In this document: one piece after another, positions 51,627-61,887 of the stretch
Numbering within the stretch: position 1 is the first letter of the stretch
How the letters are laid out: each line of letters begins with the position of its first letter
DNA from: an uncultured Methanomassiliicoccales archaeon
GTDB lineage: Archaea > Thermoplasmatota > Thermoplasmata > Methanomassiliicoccales > UBA472
NCBI GenBank assembly: GCA_963695345.1
Contig: OY968769.1
Span: forward strand, 1,248,001-1,312,000
Direction of reading: 5' to 3'
Length of the DNA stretch: 64,000 nt
The notes under the pieces: model-generated
What the model was told of the DNA's origin: nothing
Seen by the model: the letters and a program-made list of their open reading frames with translations, nothing else
Databases searched by the model: none
Made by a program: the position numbers and the translations under genes

Positions 51627-51926
51627 TTAACCGAACAGGGCGGAGAGACCGGCTGCGGCCTCTTCCTCAGTGACTGCCGGCTCTTCCGGCTTCTCTTCCT
51701 TCTTTGCCGGGGCAGCTGCTGCTGGAGCGGCTGCGGCCGGGGCTGCGGCGATCATCGCCGAGGCGATTGCCTCGTCGATGTTGACGCCCTCGAGGGATGC
51801 GGTCAAGGCCTTGACCTTGGCTGCGTCCGCCTCGATTCCCGCGCCCTTTAGGACTGCGGAAACGCCTTCCTCTGAGATCGACTTTCCTGCTGCGTGAAGC
51901 ACCAATGCGCTGTATATGTATTCCAT
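51627..51926 (-). CDS. rpl12: 50S ribosomal protein P1 (L12)
   Basis: [11 protein letters not shown]...[10 protein letters not shown]. Confidence 0.97.
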   Translation of the reverse strand: MEYIYSALVLHAAGKSISEEGVSAVLKGAGIEADAAKVKALTASLEGVNIDEAIASAMIAAAPAAAAPAAAAPAKKEEKPEEPAVTEEEAAAGLSALFG

Positions 51927-51945
51927 TTTTCTTACCTCCTTGTTC

Positions 51946-52806
51946 TTACTTCTTTTCGTGTTTCTCGGAGAGCGCTGAAACGGCTAGCATTTCGGCGTTC
52001 GCCTTTGCCAAGAGTATCTTGATGTTGTCCTTGGTCGGTATGACGGCCTTTACGCTGACTGCCATCGCTTCTCTGTACGCCTTGGCGAACAGCGGGACGA
52101 CGGTCTGCGGGGTCACATACGCGATCTTCATGCTCAAGGCCATGGCTTGCCTTGAACCCATTGACAGCATCGAGCTGTAGTAGTCTTCTGGGATGTTCAG
52201 GACGTCCCTTCCGTAGAGAACTCCACCTTCGAACGCGGCTACGAGGTTAAGGCCGACAGTCATCGGCATTATCTCGAGCTTCGGTAGGATCTTGGAGATC
52301 TCTTCAGAGATGGCATCTCCCTTCTTGACCAGGACCTTGTCCTTCTTGATGACGATCTTTCCGCCTTCGATACCGGCGGGGATGCCTGCCTTCTGCAGTT
52401 CACCGACGATCGGGCCTGGCTTGAACGGGGTGTCCCCCGCCTTGACCAGGATGTCCTCGGGCGCGATGTCACCTGGCTTTGCCGGGGCCGCGCTCTTGGT
52501 CGACTCCATCTCACGGAATAGCCTGAATGGGTTGACATCGGTGGTGACCACGGCGCACTGGGAGCTGACAGACTCTAGGAGTTTCTCCAGCCCCGGCCGG
52601 TCCTTGGCCGCTTCCTCGATCGCTATGTCGATCAAGTTGTTCCTCGACATCATGATGGACGCCTTTGCCCTGAGTCCCTGCCTCATAAGCTGAAGCTGGG
52701 CGGACGGTATGCCGTGTACGTCGACGATGGCGACCACTTTCTTGCTGGTCATCGCATTCGTCAGTTCCTGGACTTTTTCCTTCTTCCAAGCTGCGACGTG
52801 TGCCAT
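51946..52806 (-). CDS. rpl10: 50S ribosomal protein L10 (P0)
   Basis: [28 protein letters not shown]. Confidence 0.97.
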   Translation of the reverse strand: MAHVAAWKKEKVQELTNAMTSKKVVAIVDVHGIPSAQLQLMRQGLRAKASIMMSRNNLIDIAIEEAAKDRPGLEKLLESVSSQCAVVTTDVNPFRLFREMESTKSAAPAKPGDIAPEDILVKAGDTPFKPGPIVGELQKAGIPAGIEGGKIVIKKDKVLVKKGDAISEEISKILPKLEIMPMTVGLNLVAAFEGGVLYGRDVLNIPEDYYSSMLSMGSRQAMALSMKIAYVTPQTVVPLFAKAYREAMAVSVKAVIPTKDNIKILLAKANAEMLAVSALSEKHEKK

Positions 52807-52818
52807 AATCGACCCTCC

Positions 52819-53459
52819 TCAGATGAGCCTCTCTGCAGGGCCCATGGTCGTCTTGATGTAAGCCGACCGGATGTTCATCGTTCCCTTTTCCAGTTTGACC
52901 GCTGATCCTCTTGATTATGAGGTCGATGTTGTCAGCGATCTGCTCCGGAGTCATATCAGTCGTACCTACCGGGACGTGGAACGTCATTTTGTCCTTGCTT
53001 CTGATGGCGACGGACTTCCTCAGGTTATCCACCATCGACTTCGGGTCGGCGCCTGGGGCGATTGGCCTCGGCATCTTACCCCGGGGAGCGAGCACGATAC
53101 CCAATCTCTTACCGACGGTCGGCATCAATGGCGCTTCGCAGACGAAGAAATCGTGCTGCTGCGGCAACCTTCTTTGCCTCCCTCTTGTTGTCGGCGAGGG
53201 TTCCCAGCTCCTCTGGGGTGACGACCTTGTCGGCGACGTTCTTGGCCTTCTGGGCAAGTTCGCCACCGCCGATGATGCAGACCCGGACAGCCCTACCCCT
53301 ACCATGAGGCAAGATGATATCTTCCTGTATCCTGTTCTTCGGGATAGAAAGATCCACATCCTTCAGGTTTATCGATAGGTCGACCGTCTCTCTAAAATTG
53401 CGCTTCGGAGATTTCTCCAGCGCCTTCTTGACGGCCGTAAGTGTTGTCTTCTCTGCCAA
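52819..53459 (-). CDS. rpl1: 50S ribosomal protein L1 (indels at ~53160 and ~52900)
   Basis: RNFRETVDL, LPHGRG, FVCEAPLMP.VGK.LG..LAPRGKMP, YIKTTMGP across three frames. Confidence 0.95.
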
Positions 53460-53470
53460 TGCGATTCCTC

Positions 53471-53501
53471 CTGTAGTATTAACGAGTTGCCTCTCCTACA
53501 G
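53471..53501 (-). promoter_or_regulatory. Putative L1-binding autoregulatory hairpin in the rpl1 5' leader
   Basis: mRNA CUGUAG-GA-GAG-GCAA-CUC-GUUAAUA-CUACAG: two stems with an asymmetric internal loop, running into the AGGAGG RBS; TTTATAAA at 53530-53537. Confidence 0.7.
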
Positions 53502-53560
53502 AGTGGTAGGCCCCTTAATGGACCTACCGTTTATAAATTTTATGTAAGGGACGGGGTTGT

Positions 53561-54040
53561 TCAGGCCGCGAATTTCGCGTCCCACTTGCCCTCGTCGATC
53601 TCCCTCAGGATGTCCTTCGGCTCCTTGCCCTCGACGGTGATACCGCACGAGACGCAGGTTCCGATGACCTCCTTGGCACGGTGCTTCTGGTCCTTGCCCA
53701 TGAGGGAGTCCTTCTTCATCTCGCGATACCTTGACCGCCTGCTCCATGGTGATGTCGCCGACCTTGGTCGCGTTCGGCGCGCCCGATCCCTTCTCCACGC
53801 CCAGTCTCCTTGAACAGGAGCGCGGATGTTGGAGGGGTACCGACCTTGATCTCGAAGGTCTTGTTGGCCGTCGATGATGATCTTGACCGGGACCTTCATT
53901 CCCGCGAAGGCCTTGGTCTTCTCGTTGATCTTCTGCACTACCTGGACGACGTTGATCCCAGTCGGGCCCAGCGCTGGGCCGAGCGGCTGACCGGGTGTGG
54001 CCTTGCCACCGTCTACTAGCACTTCAATAGTTTCTGGCAT
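53561..54040 (-). CDS. rpl11: 50S ribosomal protein L11 (compensating indels internally)
   Basis: GGKATPGQPLGPALGP, GMKVPV, KEVIGTCVSCG. Confidence 0.96.
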   Translation of the reverse strand: MPETIEVLVDGGKATPGQPLGPALGPTGINVVQVVQKINEKTKAFAGMKVPVKIIIDGQQDLRDQGRYPSNIRAPVQGDWAWRRDRARRTRPRSATSPWSRRSRYREMKKDSLMGKDQKHRAKEVIGTCVSCGITVEGKEPKDILREIDEGKWDAKFAA

Positions 54041-54045
54041 TATAC

Positions 54046-54919
54046 TCACTTCTCCTTCTCGAGAACTCTCACGTGGTCGCCTCTAACGGTGACCGGAATC
54101 GGAACGGTCGCCTCGAACAGCTCGACGGTGATCTCTTCCTTGCTCTCATCGATCTTCTGGACCCTGGCCTTCTCGCCCTTGAACGGACCGGCGACCAGTT
54201 CGACCACGTCACCCTCCATGATCCCGGAAACCAGCGGCTTCGGGGTCAGGAAGTGCTCGATCTCGTTGAAGCTCGTCTCGCCTTCCACCAGGCCCTTGGC
54301 CTTGCGGACGCCGCGGACGGTCTCCCTCACTAGGTCGGTGTTCATTGCTTCCATGAAGACGTAACCATCTAACTTGCCCGGGGCAAGGATGGCGAAAATA
54401 CCGGTGTTGCCGGCACCTATCTTGGCCTTGCTGGAGACGCCGTCTGCGACGTTCCTTTCATGGCCGATCGAGGTCTTAAGGACCAGGATCGACTGTCTGG
54501 CGGTAGCGCTGAACTCTTTGGTCGCGCATACCTGGTCTCCAAGGCAGACCTCCAACTCGATGGTCACCTTATCGTTATAACGGGCACCTTTGGGCGCCTC
54601 GACGATGAGCTTGAGATCTTTCGGGCGCGGTCCGTCCAGATTGAACTCGGCCTGAGGTGAGCCAGCAGCCTGGCTCTCCCATAGGTGCGCGCCAGTGGCG
54701 TCGGTGATCTTGATCTCCCATTCCGGCGCACCCTCTTCCAGGGTGATCATTGACGCGTAGAACGACCTTCTTCTTGCCGCTGTCATTGCTCTTGACCTGT
54801 AGCGGCCAGGTCGTGACGGATCCCGCAGCCATGACGCTGGGGGCATTATCTCCGCTAAGGGAGATAGAACCGGCGCCCTGCGTCTGGGGCATTAGTGTCT
54901 GGTTATCTTCATCAGTCAT
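54046..54919 (-). CDS. spt5: Transcription elongation factor Spt5 with ~140-aa N-terminal extension, frameshift at ~54749
   Basis: NGN (KTSIGHE, GYVFME) and KOW (GDVVELVAGPFKGEKARV); position between secE and rpl11. Confidence 0.93.
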
Positions 54920-54947
54920 ACGATATACCCCGGCAATGAAACGGACA

Positions 54948-55172
54948 TTAGCCGAACAGCCCCGGCAAGTACTTCCATATTAAGTATATTGCGAAGCCCA
55001 CCCCGCCGATGAGCATGATACCTAGGCCGGTGATCATGACGGTCTTGACGTACTCATCGGGAGTGGGCTTGCGGGCCATCTTGATGACTCGGCCGTACTT
55101 GCCCTTGCCGATCTTCTTGACCCTATCTTCGATAGTCTCTTGGACTTCCCAGGATTTCTCGACGATGTCCAT
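54948..55172 (-). CDS. secE: Protein translocase SecE / Sec61 gamma
   Basis: YGRVIKMARKPTPDEY followed by one TM. Confidence 0.95.
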   Translation of the reverse strand: MDIVEKSWEVQETIEDRVKKIGKGKYGRVIKMARKPTPDEYVKTVMITGLGIMLIGGVGFAIYLIWKYLPGLFG

Positions 55173-55238
55173 TTTTAAGCACTCTTGAAGAGGGGTCTAT
55201 TAGTTTTCTCTAGATAATCCTTTCCTCACGCATCTGCA

Positions 55239-56353
55239 TCATTTGATGAAATCTACGTTCATCGCCTTTACAGACTTCGATTCCTTCGGACCGAGGATGT
55301 TCTTGGACTTGACGCCGGTGATGACCACCATCACCCGGACGCGGTTCTCCAAGGCTGGATCGACCGACGCACCCCAGATGATCCGGGCATTGGGAGAGAC
55401 CTTGGCCTGTATCAGCTCGGCCACCTTCTGGGCGTCGCCGATGGTCATGTCCTCTCCGCCGGTGACGTTCACCAGCACTCCGTTGGCCCCGGAGATGTCG
55501 ACGTCGATGAGCGGTGAGTTGATGGCCTCGTCGACCGCGTCCTCGACCCGGTCGTCCTCCTCGCCCTCTCCCATGCCGATCATGGCGACGCCTCCGCCCT
55601 TCATGATGGTGCGCAGGTCGTTGAAGTCGAGGTTGACCAGTCCTGGCTTGGTGATCAGCTCGGTGATGCCCTTTATGGCCCGCATCAGGACCTCATCGGC
55701 CACCTTGAACGCCTGGTTGAGCGAGTACCGGGGCACCAGCTCGATGAGCTTGTCGTTCGGGATGACGATCACCGTGTCGGCGACCGCCCTCATCCTCTCC
55801 AGTCCCCATTCGGCGTTCTCCGCCCGGATGGTTCCCTCGGCCTTGAACGGGGAGGTGACTATCGCTATCGTCAGCGCTCCCATGTCCTTGGCCAGCTGTG
55901 CGACGTAAGGGGCGGAACCGGTACCGGTGCCTCCACCCAAGCCCGGCGGTGACGAATACGATGTCCGCTCCCTGGAGGGCCTTCCTCAGCTCCTCCTCCG
56001 CCTCCCTGGCCGCCTCCTCTCCAACCTGGGGCAATGCTCCGGCGCCCAAGTCCGCGGGTGCTCCTCCGGCCCAACAGGATCTTCTTGTGCGCCCGGGTCA
56101 CCAGCAGGTGCTGGGCGTCGGTGTTGGCCGCATAAAGGTCGGCATCCTTGATGTTCGACGCGTAGAGCCGGTCGATGGTGTTCGACCCACCGCCTCCGCA
56201 GCCGATGATCTTGATGTTGGTCCTCAGGCCCATGAGGATCTTCGTCAGTTCCTCATCCTCTTGAGAGGTGGATTTTCCAGTCTGCGTCTGAACTGGCTCT
56301 GCTGCACCTGCAGGTCCTGCACGGGTAAGGGCGTCGGTGATGAACGATTTCAA
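55239..56353 (-). CDS. ftsZ: Cell division protein FtsZ (FtsZ1-type, copy A), indels at ~56050 and ~55940
   Basis: [29 protein letters not shown]-terminal VDFIK; upstream of secE. Confidence 0.93.
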
Positions 56354-56679
56354 GGTAAGTTCCTCCTCGTTGTGACCATGACTGCATCGCTGGCAATGTG
56401 ATGGTTAATGTCGTTAGTGGCTTGGGGTGTATAAAACATTTCGGTGATGATTTGGATAAAATTGGATTTTCCCTCATTTTCGATCGCTCGTCCACTCCCC
56501 TATCTGGATAGGCTATTGTTTCAGAGTCAGGTCGATCAATTATTTCGGATTATTTGACCATTGATGTAAAGTAATATTTACTAAAAGAAATAATACATTA
56601 CAATAAGTATATGTAATAATATCATTATGTACATATATACATTACATCATCGATTAGTATTGTCCCTGAGTGAATTCAT

Positions 56680-56882
56680 ATGAAGAACAATCTTCGAGTA
56701 TATCGGGCTTGACGAACATGACCCAGGCCGAGCTTGCCGAGAAGATCGGCGTGAGCAGGCAGACGATCATCTGTATTGAGAACGAGAGGTTCGACCCTTC
56801 ACTGGAGCTCGCTTTCAAGATATCGCGGTTCTTCAAGGTCAGGATAGAGGACGTCTTCCTGTTCGATCTAAAGGAGAAGTAA
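56680..56882 (+). CDS. Small XRE/Cro-type HTH regulator, indel at ~56708
   Basis: MKNNLRVYR joins TQAELAEKIGVSRQTIICIENERFDPSLELAFKI. Confidence 0.88.
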
Positions 56883-56920
56883 TAGAAGAATAGGAAAGGG
56901 TTTGCGACCGGGTTCGGAGC

Positions 56921-58054
56921 TCACTTAATGAAGTCGACGTCTGAGCCCTTGAGCTTCGCCTGCTCGTTGGACTTGCCGAGTATCTGCTTGGAGTGCACGC
57001 CCGCGATGACGACCATCACCCGGATCTTGTGCTCCAGTGCCGGGTCCACGCCCGCACCCCAGATGATCCGGGCATTGGGACTGACCCTCTTCTGCACTTC
57101 CTCCGCCACCTTCTGGGCGTCGCCGATGGTCATGTCCGGTCCGCCTACGACGTTCACCAGGACTCCGTTAGCGGTGCTGATGTCGACCTCGAGCAGAGGG
57201 GAGTTGAGGGCCATCTGGATGGCTTCCAGTGCCCTGTCCTCCACATGACCGGTGGATTCTCCCATGCCGATCATGGCCACGCCGGCGCCCTTCATGATGG
57301 TGCGCAGGTCGTTGAAATCGAGGTTGACGAGTCCTGGCTTGGTGATCAGTTCGGTGATCCCCTTGATCGCCCTGGTCAGGACCTCGTCCGCCACTTTGAA
57401 GGCTTGGTTAAGGGAAAGTCTGGGGTAGAGCTCCAACAGCTTGTCGTTCGGGATGACGATGACGGTATCCGCGGAGTTCCTGAGCCTCTCCAGGCCCCAC
57501 TCGGCGTTCTCCATCCTCATCTTGCCCTCGCCCTTGAACGGAGTGGTGGTAACCGCGATGGTCAACGCGCCCGCATCCTTGGCGATCCCGGCCACGACTG
57601 CCGCGGCGCCGGTTCCGGTGCCGCCGCCCATTCCCGCGGTCACGAAGACGATGTTCGCATCCTGTACCGCCTTGCGTATCTCCTGTTCGGCCTCTTGGGC
57701 CGCTTGCTCTCCTGCCTGCGGCAATGCCCCTGCACCTAATCCGCGGGTGCTTCTCCTTCCGAGGAGGATCTTGTGCTGGGCCCTGACCATCAGCAAGTGC
57801 TGCGCGTCCGTGTTCGCCGCATATGTCTCGGCCCCGACGATCTGCTCGTCGTAGATCCGGTTGATGGTGTTGGAACCGCCCCCTCCGACACCGATGATCT
57901 TAATGTTGGTCCTCAGCGTTTGCAGAATCGCTATGAGTTCCGCGTCCGCATCGTCTGCCTGTTTGAAGGCCGGCTGAGCCGCCGGCGCCTGCTCGAACTT
58001 CGGCATAGGCGCGTCGTCCCTGGCCAGTGCATCCTCAACTAATGATTTCAACAT
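56921..58054 (-). CDS. ftsZ: Cell division protein FtsZ (FtsZ1-type, copy B)
   Basis: [31 protein letters not shown]-terminal VDFIK; intact ORF. Confidence 0.96.
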   Translation of the reverse strand: MLKSLVEDALARDDAPMPKFEQAPAAQPAFKQADDADAELIAILQTLRTNIKIIGVGGGGSNTINRIYDEQIVGAETYAANTDAQHLLMVRAQHKILLGRRSTRGLGAGALPQAGEQAAQEAEQEIRKAVQDANIVFVTAGMGGGTGTGAAAVVAGIAKDAGALTIAVTTTPFKGEGKMRMENAEWGLERLRNSADTVIVIPNDKLLELYPRLSLNQAFKVADEVLTRAIKGITELITKPGLVNLDFNDLRTIMKGAGVAMIGMGESTGHVEDRALEAIQMALNSPLLEVDISTANGVLVNVVGGPDMTIGDAQKVAEEVQKRVSPNARIIWGAGVDPALEHKIRVMVVIAGVHSKQILGKSNEQAKLKGSDVDFIK

Positions 58055-58252
58055 CCCATTTCCCTTCCTGATAGCCCGAAGTGACCACTAATATTGATCC
58101 CCATATGCTGACGGATTATAAAAATCATATCGGGGTTTTACTTGCCAGGCGAAAAGAATGAACGCGGTCGGATTGCCGATTAATGGGATCGGCCTATCCG
58201 ACGAGAAAAAATAATCATCTGACGGCATTTGACCAAGCAATGGTCGAGCATA

Positions 58253-58530
58253 ATGAATGTACGGGCGGAAGCAATATTCAAGGGTAAGGTCCAGGGGGTC
58301 CATTTCCGCGATTACACCCGAAGGTTCGCCCACAAGAAGGCGTGTCAACGGGTGGGTCAAGAACCTACCCAACGGCACGGTCGAGGCGGTTTTCGAAGGG
58401 GAGAAGGAGGACATCGAGGAGGTGATCCGAATGCTCAGGGATGAGCACCCCTATCGCCCGTGTGGATGCCATAGATCGACCGTTATGGACAGAATACCAA
58501 GGTCGGTATGGCGGATTCGAGATCCGTTAG
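58253..58530 (+). CDS. acyP: Acylphosphatase, several indels
   Basis: GKVQGVHFR, GWVKNLPNGTVEAVFEG and C-terminal GFEIR* across frames. Confidence 0.88.
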
Positions 58531-59393
58531 TTCTCAAGCCTTTCCAGGTCTATCCCGTAGACCTTCTTCGGATTGTCCTTGTTGACCTTCCAGACGGCCT
58601 CGATCAATTCCGATGTGGCGATGCCGGACTGGACGATGCCCTTGATCCTTTTCGGAACGGTATCGACGGGCAGGACAGCTCCCGGGCGGGTCGGCTCGTC
58701 CATGAAATCCGTCTCGAGGAAGAAACGGCTTCCTTTGCCAAATGCTTCTTGGACGTTACCCCTTGATGCCAGGACAGAGGCCATCAGTCCCCGGTTCTCC
58801 TCCTCGAGCACCAATGGAGGCGAGTAGTGTTTTACCACCTTTCCCCTATCAAGACCGACGGAATCTGCCATACGTCCAAGGTCTTCCATGGTCTCCGGGG
58901 TGGCCGTCTCCGCGTGGATGACGATGGGGCACCCCGCTTCCCTGGCCAGGGACATGCCGTAGCGCAGGATATCGTTGGAAGCCTCCATAATCTCGGGCGG
59001 TACCTCAAAATGAGGCCTGCCGACCTCGCCAATGGCTATTGCCTTTCCCTCCCGTACGAGCCGGGCAGCCGATTCCATGCCTTCTTTCATCATCTGAATG
59101 GCCGGTCCGAGGCCATGGTTCTTGGCAAGGTCGATGAGCAGGACCGGGTAAGGACCAAGAGTTACGAAGACACCCACATGCGATTCCCGATTGCAGCGGT
59201 CAGCGGTTTCCATCGTGATCTGGTATGAGCGCTCGAAATCAGCTCCGCAGGTTATCTGCAGTTCGTCATAGGGCATGTGGCTCAGAATCGCGTGAGTGCC
59301 TCCCGCCTTCTCGAACTCCTTGATCGCCTCGACGTTGCGGCCCTTAGGCTGCAGGTGCAAGTGATTGTCCATGATAGGGAAGTCGATTTTCAC
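58527..59393 (-). CDS. TatD-family metal-dependent hydrolase (archaeal type); start uncertain (59393 or 59441)
   Basis: DNHLH, IGEVGRPH, IHAE, VKHY, FLETD..D...RPG. Confidence 0.9.
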   Translation of the reverse strand: MKIDFPIMDNHLHLQPKGRNVEAIKEFEKAGGTHAILSHMPYDELQITCGADFERSYQITMETADRCNRESHVGVFVTLGPYPVLLIDLAKNHGLGPAIQMMKEGMESAARLVREGKAIAIGEVGRPHFEVPPEIMEASNDILRYGMSLAREAGCPIVIHAETATPETMEDLGRMADSVGLDRGKVVKHYSPPLVLEEENRGLMASVLASRGNVQEAFGKGSRFFLETDFMDEPTRPGAVLPVDTVPKRIKGIVQSGIATSELIEAVWKVNKDNPKKVYGIDLERLEN

Positions 59394-59603
59394 AGTGACC
59401 GCGTCCTCAGGCCGAGCGTTTTCGATATCATGCCCACGCACCCTCCAACGACCTGCGGCCTTTTAGCATCTACGCAGATGATCGTTCGGCAGGTCCAAGG
59501 ACGCTACAGAAAATTTCGAAGATGACACTGCTACATCGGAATATTTGAGGATGTTGCCCCGATCATGTCATTGTTCAAAATATTACTATGTATATTGACA
59601 AAG

Positions 59604-59717
59604 GTCTGGTCTGCCTCGTCATTATTCTTGTCAGACGCTATTTGATTCGCTAACTTTTAAATATTCTCAAGTGAATCATCCAATTTGTCAGACGTTTTAG
59701 CAAAAAGCGTCAGACAA
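59604..59717. promoter_or_regulatory. Repeated GTCAGAC/CAGAC boxes around the RHH-ftsZ2 promoter
   Basis: GTCAGAC at 59630, 59687 and 59709; GTCTG twice at 59604 and 59609; TTTTAAATA at ~59655. Confidence 0.6.
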
Positions 59718-59740
59718 ATCAACGGAACAAGAGTTGTGTC

Positions 59741-60052
59741 ATGGTCGACAGCGAACGGATCACGGTCAGGATTCCTGCTGAAAAGCTACAAGCATTACAG
59801 GCACTGGTGGACAACGGCAAATTCCCGACCATCTCCGATGCGATAAGGGCGGCGATCGAAACGTTCGTCGAAACGCATACAACGCCCGATTACATCGGAA
59901 GGGTGACCGTAGAGCTTCCGAAGACCAAGATAGTTGAACTGGAGGCGCTCGTCAAGGACGGGGACTCGGTCTCAATAGACGACGCCATCAGGAATGCTGT
60001 CAGGGAATATGTCAGAATGCGCCTGGAGAAGGCGGTCAGCGAGTTGAAGTGA
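59741..60052 (+). CDS. CdrS-like ribbon-helix-helix regulator with two tandem RHH units
   Basis: ERITVRIP...TISDAIRAAI and GRVTVELP...SIDDAIRNAV; directly upstream of ftsZ2. Confidence 0.85.
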   Translation: MVDSERITVRIPAEKLQALQALVDNGKFPTISDAIRAAIETFVETHTTPDYIGRVTVELPKTKIVELEALVKDGDSVSIDDAIRNAVREYVRMRLEKAVSELK

Positions 60053-60079
60053 AGACGCGCTTTCCGTGAGGTAATCAAG

Positions 60080-61099
60080 ATGGGGATTGGCTCGGGATGG
60101 AAAGATCAGTCAGGCATCGACGCTCCTGATCTGAAGATACTCGTCATAGGATGTGGCGGCGGTGGATGCAACAGCATCACCAGGCTGAATCGGATCGGCC
60201 TAGAGTCAGCCATGACGATAGCGATCAACACCGACCAACGCAGTCTGAAGGACACAAAATGCGACAATCGTGTTCTCATCGGGGCCAACTTCACCCATGG
60301 TCTAGGCGCGGGAGGTCTTCCAGAGGTGGGGGAACAATGCGCTCGTAATTGCGCCAACCTGTTCTGCGAGATGTTCAACGATGTCGATCTAACGTTCATC
60401 ATCACTGGCATGGGAGGCGGTACCGGTACCGGGGCGGCCCCGGTCATTGCGGAGTTCGCCCAGAAGGCCGGTTCCATAGTCATTTCGATAGCCACGATGC
60501 CTTTCAAGATCGAGTCCGGTACCAGGCGACGGAACGCCCTGTTAGGGCTTAACCGGCTCAATGAGTATTCGAACACAGTGCTCGTCCTAGACAACAATCG
60601 CCTGATGCAGATGGTGGACAACCTGCCGATGAACCAGGCGCTGGGCGTGATGGACGCCCTCGTCTCCGAGCTGATCAAGGGACTGGTGGACGCCCTGACC
60701 AAGCCGTCGTTGATCAATCTCGATTTCGCCGACCTGCGGACCATAATAAAACATGGGGGCATATCGACCCTACTCTACGCGGAGAACGCCGACCCCGAGG
60801 GCGTCGTCCGCGACGCGGTGCAGAATCCATTGCTGGATGTGGATATCAAGGGCGGCACCGGTGCGCTGATCCACATCTCCGGGGGCAGCAACCTGACCCT
60901 CAGGCGGGTGCATCGCATCGTGGAGGGGCTGACACAAAACCTCGATGTGGACGCCAACGTGAAGTTCGGCGTCAGGACCGTGGATGACGATAACGAGACG
61001 ATAAGGCTGATAGCCCTGGTCACAGGCATATCCGACCTCCCTCCGGCCGCCGGACCCATCGATGACATCAATGTCGTGATAGGCAAATATCGGCGCTGA
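60080..61099 (+). CDS. ftsZ: Cell division protein FtsZ (FtsZ2-type, divergent)
   Basis: [37 protein letters not shown]. Confidence 0.92.
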   Translation: MGIGSGWKDQSGIDAPDLKILVIGCGGGGCNSITRLNRIGLESAMTIAINTDQRSLKDTKCDNRVLIGANFTHGLGAGGLPEVGEQCARNCANLFCEMFNDVDLTFIITGMGGGTGTGAAPVIAEFAQKAGSIVISIATMPFKIESGTRRRNALLGLNRLNEYSNTVLVLDNNRLMQMVDNLPMNQALGVMDALVSELIKGLVDALTKPSLINLDFADLRTIIKHGGISTLLYAENADPEGVVRDAVQNPLLDVDIKGGTGALIHISGGSNLTLRRVHRIVEGLTQNLDVDANVKFGVRTVDDDNETIRLIALVTGISDLPPAAGPIDDINVVIGKYRR

Positions 61100-61113
61100 A
61101 GTCACTTTTCCCT

Positions 61114-61824
61114 TTATTTTTTCTCAAGCTTCCTGATCTTCTTGGACGCGTCACCGATGACGCCCATTATGGTATGGAACTCCCAGCTGGTGGGGATCGC
61201 CCGCCCCATCATGCGCCTGAACATGATGCTGGTCTTTTGCTTGCGGTGATCTGGATAGTCGACCGCGTCGAGCAGAGAGTCAAAGAACTGGTAGAACCTG
61301 TCCTTTTCCATCTCGGTCGCCTTCTTCGGGTTGCTCGGCTTGCCATGGCTTGCGAAGATCTCGTACATGACGATGGTGGCCGCGTGGGAAAGGTTGAGGA
61401 TAGGGTACTCCTCGTTCGAGGGTATGTTGACCAGGATGTCGCAACGGGTCAGCTGTTCCTGGGTAAGTCCGATGTCCTCGCGGCCGAAGACCAGCGCCAC
61501 CTCGTCCTCCTGGTCCTTGATCCTATCGGCCAGTTCCCTGGGCGTGATCGGTATGCGTATGAAATGCTTGTCCCCGTAGGTGATTATTCCGCTGGTTCCG
61601 ACGACGAGGAAGCAGCCTGATATCGCCTCCTCGAAGCTGGAAACGGTCGTCGCCGCCTTGAGGATGTAGTTGCCGTGCTTGGCCCGTTTGAACGCCTCCT
61701 CGGTCATTTCGCACGGGTTCACCATGAACAGGTGTTCGAAACCGAAATTGCCCATCGACCTGGCCACCGCTCCCACGTTGCCATCGGTCTGGGGCTCCAC
61801 CAGGACGATCCTGAAGCTGGTCAT
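61114..61824 (-). CDS. trmJ: TrmJ-type SPOUT tRNA 2'-O-methyltransferase
   Basis: VLVEP..DGNVGAVARSM, FGREDIGL, YPILNLSHA. Confidence 0.9.
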   Translation of the reverse strand: MTSFRIVLVEPQTDGNVGAVARSMGNFGFEHLFMVNPCEMTEEAFKRAKHGNYILKAATTVSSFEEAISGCFLVVGTSGIITYGDKHFIRIPITPRELADRIKDQEDEVALVFGREDIGLTQEQLTRCDILVNIPSNEEYPILNLSHAATIVMYEIFASHGKPSNPKKATEMEKDRFYQFFDSLLDAVDYPDHRKQKTSIMFRRMMGRAIPTSWEFHTIMGVIGDASKKIRKLEKK

Positions 61825-61887
61825 TTTCTATCCTTCTCGGTAGCGAATCAACCCTGGGTATAATTGTTTTCTGGAAAGGACCGCTGC

